Source: Chiloscyllium plagiosum
Lineage: Eukaryota
NCBI RefSeq assembly: GCF_004010195.1
Contig: NC_057750.1
Span: 8,690,727 to 8,754,726, forward strand
Direction of reading: 5' to 3'
Length of the DNA stretch: 64,000 bases
The notes under the pieces were generated by a model that worked only from the letters and a program-made list of their open reading frames with translations, ran no database searches and was not told where the DNA came from. The position numbers and the translations under genes are program-made. Shown here in pieces: positions 53,172 through 62,069 of the stretch (its first letter is position 1; every line of letters starts with the position of its first letter).

Positions 53172-53533
53172 AACCATAAAACATAGGAGCAGAAGTTAGG
53201 CCATTCGGCCTATCGAGTCTACTCCACCATTCAATCATAGCTGATCAGTTTCTCAACCCCATTCTCCCACCTTTTCCCCAGAACCTTTGATCCCCTTAAC
53301 AATCAAGAACCCATCTATCTCTGTCTTAGATGTACTCAATGACCTGGCTTTCACAGCCTTCTGTGGCAGTGAATTCCATAGAATCACTACTCTGGTTGAA
53401 GATGTTTCTCCTCATCTCCATTCTAAAGGGTCTTCCCTTTACTCTAAGGCTATGCCCTTGGGTCCTAATCTCTCCTGCTAACAGAAACATCTTCCCAATG
53501 TCCACTGTATCCAGGCCTTTCAGTATTCAGTAA
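53172..53533 (-). mobile_element. CR1 3' fragment ending ~19 nt upstream of the exon acceptor
   Basis: Reverse-complement CR1 3' UTR (ataggagcagaagttaggccattcggcc...) and C-terminal coding remnant. Confidence 0.85.
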
Positions 53534-53552
53534 ATGGCTCTTTCTGTCACAG

Positions 53553-53746
53553 GTTATCCATGTCACAGGGCGCTTGCGATCTCGGATTTCATTGCCTCAC
53601 GCTCGTGCTGTTCCCACCAGCTTCATGGGAATGGTGGCTCTCGCCCACACACTCCCGCCTTCCACCATTAATGAGGTTCGGATTGAGTGCCACATGTTTG
53701 TCTCCAGGGTCAGTCTGGATCTGCAGATCATCTACTGTGAAAACAG
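53553..53746 (+). CDS. NPAS1: Coding exon (194 bp, phase 0 to 2): [65 protein letters not shown]; end of PAS-A and start of PAS-B
   Basis: Acceptor tctttctgtcacag and donor AG|GTCAGT. In frame with the previous exon. The peptide is homologous to NPAS1/3 (VIHxTGRLR...HxLPP..INEVRI.CHMFV.RV..DL.IIYCENR). Confidence 0.93.
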
Positions 53747-54002
53747 GTCAGTGTCTGAGTTCTGAGCAGTGAATTAACTGTGATAAAATGCAGTATATTC
53801 CATGCCATGGATGGCTACACCCCTTTACTCTAGCCATTTCTGCACTTTTTATTTGCATTTCAGAGTCTTTCTTGATTTATTTCCCTGTCTGTGACTCAAA
53901 TTGTCCTTTATCAAACCTGAGAATGAATTTGTTGATGCAATGATGATGTTCCCGACAGTCACGTGCGAGGGACTGTGAAGAAATGAAGGAATAACAGAGT
54001 AT

Positions 54003-54092
54003 CAGGTTGTAAGTTTGCTCGCAGAGCTGGCAGGTTTGTTCTCAGATGTTTCGTCACTATGCTAGGTAACATCATCAGTGAGCTTCCGTTGA
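54003..54092 (-). mobile_element. Short terminus of the second PLE family with hammerhead-like core; agagtat direct repeat
   Basis: Reverse complement reads CUCA-CUGAUGA-UGUUACCUAGCAUAGUGAC-GAAAC-AUC-UGAG. Homologous to 48635-48725. Confidence 0.78.
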
Positions 54093-54259
54093 AGAGTATG
54101 TAGCACTTACGCAAGTCAGACAGAACTCACTCATAGGTAAATGGGAAGCTACTTCAGGACACACATTATCAGCAGAGACAAGGAGATCCTTCTCTCCAGT
54201 GTGCAGATTAGACTTCCAAACCACAAATCTTGTGGCAACACAAAACAATATGTTCCTCC

Positions 54260-54700
54260 TTCAGTGGACTCTTTCTCTCTATCATTCTCTGTCTCCCATT
54301 GTCCATATTCCAGTCTCTAAATTTTTCTTTCTCTGTACATCTTTCTCCATTTCTTTTTTATGTGTCTCTTTGACTCTGACTCACTTTGTACCTCTCTGTC
54401 TCTGCATGTTTCTCTGTGTGTGTGTCTCTCTCTCTCTCTCTCTCTCTCTGATCACATGGCTCTGTCTTTCTGTCTGTCTTCCTTATCCATCCAATTCTGT
54501 GCCTCTCGCTGTCATTCTCTCTCTGTCCATGTCTTTCTCTCCCTTTCTGCCCATCTTGTAATCTGTCCATCACTCTCTCCCTATCTATGAAACTTCACCT
54601 GTCTGTTGAATCTTTAATTATATGCATTGTTTCCTGTCTGTCTATCCATTGGTCCTCTGTCTGTCTAGGTGTTTGTCCACCTGTCTATTGGCCTGCCTGC
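54260..54700. repeat. Low-complexity CT/GT-rich tract with (TG)n(TC)n core
   Basis: Directly visible. Confidence 0.8.
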
Positions 54701-55664
54701 TTAATCTAACAGTTTGTTCAACTATGTAAACATGTATATTGGTTTGGCTGTTTTATCTCTATTCATCTTGAATTTGTCTGCCTTATGTACTTGTTCGGAA
54801 TGATTTGTTCCGCTCTCTGCCAAAACTATTGCAGCTTTCTCTTCACGTCACAGGAATGAGCATGCCAGATTCTTACAAGTTCTGTAAAATCACATAACAT
54901 TGGACACAATCAGTGATGAGTTCCAGTGCCTAAGAGAGACAAGAAACAGTATCTGTGCTGCCTAATCTGCTGTAGCCTGTTTCTCTGTCTTATATTTATT
55001 GAATCTGTGTCTATCTATCTAACTCTTATTTATCTATCAACTTATTCATTGGTGCTACTGTCTATCCATTTGATCATATATCTAACATTTGGATAGAGAG
55101 AAGGACTGATGGATAGAGATGCAAAGAGAGATCGGCATACACAACAGGCTAATGTCACTCGGCCTCCTGTACTTACAATTTTAAATTCAATTTCTGTTAA
55201 AATGTGTGAAAAAGATTTTGTGCCTTTTTCAGTACAACAATGTTTACACTGGAATTGTCCTTCTCTTGCCAGTGTTATAATTCCAGCAAATCAAATCAAT
55301 GCCAGATTAAAAACCGGTTTGATAGATATTATGATGTTTTATCCTAATTATTGTGGCAACCTTTTACTGAAAAGCAAACACTCAATGTTGTAGATTTGGT
55401 TTTAACAAGAGAACAGATGTTTATTACATAAAAGGCGGAATGGGAGGGGCCAGTCATCTAGAATCCTAGATTAACATTCTAATAACATAGGGTCAAATCA
55501 CACAATAGCAGATGATGAAATTTGAATTCAATAAAAATCTAAAATTAAAAAGCAGGCATAATAGGGACCATGTAACCACTATTGATTGTCATAAAAACCC
55601 ATCTGCCATCCTTACCTGGTCTGGCCTACATGTGACTCCAATACCACAGTTAACTGTCCTCTGG

Positions 55665-55985
55665 CAAGTCATTCAGTTCATTGGTCATCAGTGCATTGAG
55701 TGTCGGAGTTGGGAAGACATGGTGTGGCTGTACAGGACATTGGTTAGGCATCGTTTGGAATACTGCATTCAATTCTAGTATCCTTGCTATAGGAAAAATG
55801 TTGTTAAACTTGAAAGGGTTCAGAAAAAATTTACAAGGATGTTACCAGGGTTGGAGAATTTGAGCTATAGAGAGATGCTGAATAGGCTGGGACTATTTTC
55901 CCTGGAGTGTTGAAAGCTGAAGAGTGAACTTGCAGAGGTTTAAAAAAATCATGAGGGGCATTGATATGGTGAATAGTCAAGGTCC
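55665..55985 (+). mobile_element. CR1 internal fragment
   Basis: SWEDMVWLYRTLVRHRLEYCIQF. Confidence 0.82.
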
Positions 55986-56364
55986 AGCATGTGCAGTATT
56001 TTCTGTTTTTTATAAAATGAACAAACTTGCATTAACACTCCAGGAGGCCTTCAATAATTTATATTTTACATATACTGATTTAAAGTTATGGTTCTGGAAA
56101 TACTCACCTTGATAATTATGAAACACCATCACACAAATAGGCCAAACCCATAAGCCACTAGGTTAAAATTTAAACTAAAAAAAGAGATTAGAATGTGGAA
56201 ATCACACATCTTTCAGCACCAGATACTACAACTGTTACAGTTAAAGACATGAATAATATGTAAAGCTTTCCAATATGATTTTGAACCTAGTTCTTACTTG
56301 CTTTTGTTGATTTTTATTTTCAAATTTCAAAGCATTTTGAAAACTCAGGTTGGTCATTAAAGAG

Positions 56365-56782
56365 ATGCAGTGATTGGAACCAGATTGACCTCATCAACTA
56401 TGAGGTCATTGATTGGAGGTTGTTAACCTGGGCAAATCAGGAAAGCACTAGCTGAATAATATAACCAGGAGAGAAAAAATAACCAGGAGATTCCTGGTGG
56501 TGGAATATAAATAAAGATGTACACACTTGTTGTTTTACACTGTGTCTCACACCTGCACAAACACATCATGGGTGTTGGGGAAAAAATAAGCACTACCACA
56601 GTTAGGCAGTAGTGTGAGGGTTTAAAAAAAAAGAAAAAACAAAATTAAAAAAAACAGGAGGGTCAGAGGTTCTGTTCACTCTGAGAGCTGGCCCTGAGGA
56701 AAAAGGATCAGTGTCAGGGACTCTCCCTATGTAAATTAAGGGTGACTTGGTGACGGGATACCGGCCTCTTGGAGTTACTTCA
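56365..56782 (+). mobile_element. Solo-LTR-like repeat interrupted by the hairpin-ended element; related pieces at 60695-60770 and 61300-61370
   Basis: TATA-like tataaccagg, polyA-signal-like aa(t/a)taa(a)gggtga.ttggtga.gggatacc.gcctct, and end ...ttca. The same terminus recurs at 61321-61370. Confidence 0.5.
56461..56654. repeat. Unclassified ~150-190 bp hairpin-ended repeat, copy 1
   Basis: Near-identical to copies at 57601-57786, 57848-58005, 60345-60500 and 60535-60692. Confidence 0.9.
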
Positions 56783-56809
56783 CCAAGAATTGCTCTTTTT
56801 TCATCTTGT

Positions 56810-57410
56810 TCGAGATCCAGCTTATCCCCTTGTCTTAAATCTCACTCTATTTTTTCCTGATCCTTGACCTATTCCTTGGGCATCACTCTATAGGTCTCCT
56901 TCCCTTCTCCCACTGGCTTCATCATCCAAAACTCAACCTTATCCCTTGCCCCCACTATATCTCTTGATTGTCCACAGCGTCACCATCTCCCTTGCCCTAG
57001 GCCTCAACCTCCCAGACCTCAAATCCCCGCCCCTTATCCCAGGCCGCACTCCACTGCCAAGTGGCTTCTAGGCCTCAGCATACCCCTTACCCTCGAGGTC
57101 ATTCTATCCCTCATGTACTACAAGCCTTTCCATACTAGGTCTCAACCTATCCTTTGCATTAGGCCTTAGCTTAACAGTCGGCCTCAACTTATGCCTTTGT
57201 TTCAGTTTTTCCTTCCTTTATGCCAGGCTTCACTTGACCTGCTAGACCCAGGCCTCGCCCTCTAACTTAACCTCCTCTAGTCACCTGCCTTTGTCCTGGG
57301 CCTCACTCTCCCTTATTATCCTAGGCCTCACTTTATCCTTTTATAGGGTCACCCTACTAGGCCCCATCCTACTCTTTGCTGGAGGTCCTACCCAACCCCT
57401 GATCCTCAAG
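56810..57410. repeat. Degenerate C/T-rich minisatellite (~20-25 bp unit, ctaggcctca..tatccc)
   Basis: More than 10 recurrences of (t)aggcctca-like motifs. Confidence 0.7.
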
Positions 57411-57600
57411 GCGGCCATATGCAGTTATTTTTGGTGAGCATCCATTTGCTAACCTCCTCTTGCAATTGGAATTTGTTATTTTGAGTCCTGCATGCCCTTG
57501 ACGTTGCTTCTATTTTTACGTTTGTTCTCAGCTGTTCTCGCATTAAATTTGCTCTCGCCCCAGCTGCTTAAGGTCTCTGGCAGAAGAAAAAAAATAATAA

Positions 57601-58005
57601 TATAACCAGGAGAGAAAAAAAAATAACCAGGAGATTCCTGGTGGTGGAATATAAATAAAGATGTACACACTTGTTGTTTTACACTGTGTCTCACACCTGC
57701 ACAAACACATCATGGGTGCTGGGGAAAAAATAAGCACTACCACAGTTAGGCAGTAGTGTGGGGATTTAAAAAAAAGGAAAAAAAAACAAAAGGGTCAGGG
57801 GTTCTGAAAAAAAAAGAAAAAGAAAAAAAAGACCAAGAGAGAAAAAAATATAACCAGGAGATTCCTGGTGGTGGAGTATGAATAAAGATGTACACACTTG
57901 TCGTTTTACATTGTGTCTCACACCTGCACACACACATCATGGGTGCTGGGGAAAATATAAGCACTACCACAGTTAGGCAGTAGTGTCGGGGTAAAGAAAA
58001 AAATA
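57601..58005. repeat. Hairpin-ended repeat, copies 2 and 3 in tandem
   Basis: Direct sequence identity with copy 1. Confidence 0.9.
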
Positions 58006-58125
58006 TATAAACAGGGGATTGACATTAAAGCACAATATTATGCACATACATTGCAAACAGTGCAAAATGTTAATAAAATGAAGTTAGAGTTCATTCCAGT
58101 AAGAAACAAGCTTAAAACAGCATAT

Positions 58126-60243
58126 CAGGCAGCATCCGAGGAGCAGGAAAATCGACGTTTCTGGCAAAAGCACTTCATGAGGAATAGAGGCAGGGAACCT
58201 GCAGTGATAAATGAGAGTGGGGTGGGGAGAAAGTAGCATAGAATACAATAGGTGAATGGGGATGGAGGTGATAGATCAGAGAGGAGGGTGGGGGAAGGTA
58301 GCAAAGAGTACAATGGGTGAATGGGGGTGGGGATGAAGGTGATAGGTCAGAGAGGAGGGTGGAGTGGATAGGTAGAAAGAAAGATAGACAGGTAGGACAG
58401 GTCATGAGGGCGGTGCTAGGCTGGAAGGTTGGAGCTGGGGTGAGGTGGGGGAAATGAGGAAACTGGTGAAATCCACTTTGATGCCATGGGGTTGAAGTGT
58501 TCCGAGGCGGAAGATGAGGCGTTCTTCCTCCAGGCGTCAGGTGGTGAGGGAGCAGCGGTGGAGGAGGCTCTGGACCTGCATGTCCTCGGCAAAGCAGGAG
58601 GGGGACTTGAAATGTTGGGCCACAGGACAGTGGGGTTGATTGGTGCGGGTGTCCCGGAGATGTTCCCTAAAGCGCTTTGCTAGGAGGCATCCAGTCTCCC
58701 CAATGTAGAGGAGACCGCTTCGGGAGTAAAGGATACAATAAATGATATTGGTGGATGTGCAGGTAAAACTTTGATGAATGTCAAAGGCTCCTTTGGGGCC
58801 TTGGATGGAGGTGAGGGAGGAGGTGTGGGCACAGGTTTTGCAATTCCTGCGGTGTCAGGGGAGGGTGCCAGGAAGGGAGGGTGGAGGGGGCGTGGACCTG
58901 ACCAGGTAGTCACGGAGGGAACGGTCTTTGCAAATGGGTGGGGAGGGAAATATGCCCCTGGTGGTGGGGTCCGTTTGGAGGTGGCAGAAATGACGTCGGA
59001 TGATGTGGTTTATGCGAAGGTTGGTAGGGTACCAGAGGGGGGTTCTGTTCACTTGGACCATCTCTGACACCTCCCTCCCCTTCCTGGACCTCTCCATCTC
59101 CAATAATGATGACCGACTTGACACTGACATTTTTTACAAACCTACCGACTCCCACAGCTACCTGGATTACACCTCTTCCCACCCTATCTCCTGCAAAAAT
59201 GCCATCCCGTATTCCCAATTCCTCTGCCTCTGCTGTATCTGCTCCCAGCAGAACCAGTTCCACCACAGAACACATCTGATGGCCTCCTTCTTTAGAGACC
59301 ACAATTTTCCTTCCCACGTGGTTAAAAATGCCTTCCAACACATCTTGTCCACATCCCCGCCCTCCGCTCNNNNNNNNNNNNNNNNNNNNNNNNNNNNNNN
59401 NNNNNNNNNNNNNNNNNNNNNNNNNNNNNNNNNNNNNNNNNNNNNNNNNNNNNNNNNNNNNNNNNNNNNNNNNNNNNNNNNNNNNNNNNNNNNNNNNNNN
59501 NNNNNNNNNNNNNNNNNNNNNNNNNNNNNNNNNNNNNNNNNNNNNNNNNNNNNNNNNNNNNNNNNNNNNNNNNNNNNNNNNNNNNNNNNNNNNNNNNNNN
59601 NNNNNNNNNNNNNNNNNNNNNNNNNNNNNNNNNNNNNNNNNNNNNNNNNNNNNNNNNNNNNNNNNNNNNNNNNNNNNNNNNNNNNNNNNNNNNNNNNNNN
59701 NNNNNNNNNNNNNNNNNNNNNNNNNNNNNNNNNNNNNNNNNNNNNNNNNNNNNNNNNNNNNNNNNNNNNNNNNNNNNNNNNNNNNNNNNNNNNNNNNNNN
59801 NNNNNNNNNNNNNNNNNNNNNNNNNNNNNNNNNNNNNNNNNNNNNNNNNNNNNNNNNNNNNNNNNNNNNNNNNNNNNNNNNNNNNNNNNNNNNNNNNNNN
59901 NNNNNNNNNNNNNNNNNNNNNNNNNNNNNNNNNNNNNNNNNNNNNNNNNNNNNNNNNNNNNNNNNNNNNNNNNNNNNNNNNNNCCCTCCCCTCTGACCTA
60001 TCACCTTTACCCCCACCTCCATGCACCTATTGCACTCTCAGCTACCTTTCCCCCCCAGCCCCATACCGTGCCTCCCCTCATTTATCTCTCCACTCTGCAG
60101 GCTTCCTGCCTCTATTCCTGATGAAGGCTTTTGCCCGAAACGTCGATTTTCCTGCTCCTCGGATGCTGCCTGACCTGCTGTGCTTTTCCAGCACCACTCT
60201 AATCTAGACTCTGGTTTCTAGCATCTACAGTCCTTGGTTTTAC
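58126..60243. mobile_element. Penelope-like element with inverted architecture (minus arm 58126-~59030, plus arm ~59045-60243), spanning a gap
   Basis: FTWTISDTSLPFLDL..FYKPTDSHSYLDYTSSHP..CKNAIPYSQF. TSD cttaaaac(a/t)gcatat at 58111-58125 and 60244-60258. Hammerhead core at ~60118-60143. Confidence 0.9.
59370..59983. other. Assembly gap (N run)
   Basis: Ns in the sequence. Confidence 1.
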
Positions 60244-60344
60244 CTTAAAACTGCATATGCTTATTTATCACTTGTGAAGAAGAATTATTGGAAAAGAAAC
60301 AAAAAAGAAAAAAACGAGGAAATTTAAAGTCTACTCAAAAAAAA

Positions 60345-60692
60345 ATAACCAGGCGATTCCTGGTGGTGGAATATAAATAAAGATGTACACACTTGCTTTT
60401 CACTGTCTCACACCTGCACACACACACATGGGTGCTGGGGAAAATATAAGCACTACCACAGTTAGGCGGTAGTGTGGGGTTAAGAAAAGAGAAAAAAATT
60501 AACAGGGGATTTAGAGTTAAAAATATATATATATAAAACCAGGAGATTCCTGATGGTGGAATATAAATAAAGATGTACACACTTGTTGTTTTTCACTGTG
60601 TCCGATACCTGCACACATGACATGGATGCTGGGGAAAAATAAGCATTACTGCTGTCAGATGGTAGTGTAAGGAAAAAAAGGAGAAAAAAAAG
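60345..60692. repeat. Hairpin-ended repeat, copies 4 and 5 in tandem
   Basis: Direct similarity to copy 1; copy 5 is more diverged. Confidence 0.88.
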
Positions 60693-61644
60693 AATGAGAG
60701 TGTCAAACATGCTGATCATTCTGAGAGCTGGCTCTGAGGGAGCTGGATCAGTATGTGAAGCTCTCTCCACTTTTCTGTGTTAAGGAGGAGAGGAGACCGA
60801 CTTCTGAACGTCCTGGAACCATACAGTCAGTGTGTCCTATTCACTGCTGTTGGTCTCTTCCTACTGAGGAGGAGTTTATTTTGAATTTTTGTTTCTCTTT
60901 ATTGTTTGTTGTGATTGTTTGTTTTCTGGGTTTTCTCGCTGCTTATTTCTGTTAATTTGAAAAAAACACAGAAAAAAGAAAGAAAAAAAACAAGGAGATA
61001 GGTTTTCAGGGAGAAGTGGTCATTGCAGGGAGTGGAGTGTTTTATTTCACCCTCCAACTCTATTTTGATTTAATCCTTGCCCTCCCCTTCACTCGTTTGA
61101 TCACACAGCATTGCCTTTCGTCACTGGCCACTCTGCTGTTTAAAAAATATATAACCAGGAGATTCCGAGCTGACTGGCCATAGCCAGTGTATTGTAAAAA
61201 CTCCATAATCAGGAGATTAAAATCTCCTCAGTAAAAGAAAAGCCAAGAAATGAGAATCTCCTCAGTCCAGGCGACTGACTCCAAGCTGGCTGGTCATAGT
61301 TAGTGTACTGTGCACAATTAAATAAAGGGTGATTTGGTGAAGGGATACCAGCCTCTGTGTAGTTATTTCAAGAGACAACGTGTCAGATTAGCTCAGAAAA
61401 GGGGAGAGAATGAGAGCATGGGACAAAAAATGGAAAAAACTTGGGACATTAGGCACAGCTGAGTTTTGGGAGCAATGAGGAATTTGGGATTGATGGTTTG
61501 TGGCATTCTGCAACACAGTGGATTCACATCAGTTTGTGCCTGGATATATTGTTCACTCAATTTTGGACAATGCAGCACAGAGGGGGCCATTCTACCCATT
61601 AAGGCTATGCACAGTTCCTGAAAGAGCTGTCTAAAATGACAGTC

Positions 61645-61970
61645 CAGTGGCTCAGTGGTTAGCACTACTGCCTCACAGATCCAGGTTCGATTCCAGCCTT
61701 GGGTGACTGTCTGTGTGGAGTTTGCACGTTCTCCCCATGTCTGTGTGGGTTTCCACCAGATGCTCCAGGTTCCTTCCACAGTCTAAAGATGTACAGGTTA
61801 GATGGATTGACCATGCTACATTGCCCCATAGCATCCAAGGATGTGCAAGCTAGGTAGGTTAGCCATGGTAAATGTGGGGTTTTAGGGATAGTGTGGGATG
61901 TTCTTCAGAGGGCCAGTGCTGCCTTCGTGGGCCAATGCACTTTCTGCATTGTAGGGATTCTGATTCTATC
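61645..61970 (+). mobile_element. HE1-type SINE (older)
   Basis: gtggctcagtggttagcactactgcctcacag head, HE1 core, and tail gggattctgattctat. Confidence 0.85.
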
Positions 61971-62069
61971 CATGCGTCCCACTAGCCCCTACTCTTTCCC
62001 GTGACCCTGCTGTCCTTACGATGCAGAATAGTCGCTATGATCAATCAATTAGTCTGACAGTATAATGGA

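Noticed and set aside
54199..54590. Hydrophobic or charged ORFs (also 15253-15648, 47026-47322, 37748-38002)
   Set aside because: Translations of low-complexity or microsatellite DNA with no splice or homology support.
56461..60692. CRISPR-like or attC-like array
   Set aside because: Vertebrate intron; units are ~150-190 bp, irregularly spaced, with no unique spacers and no cas or integrase genes.
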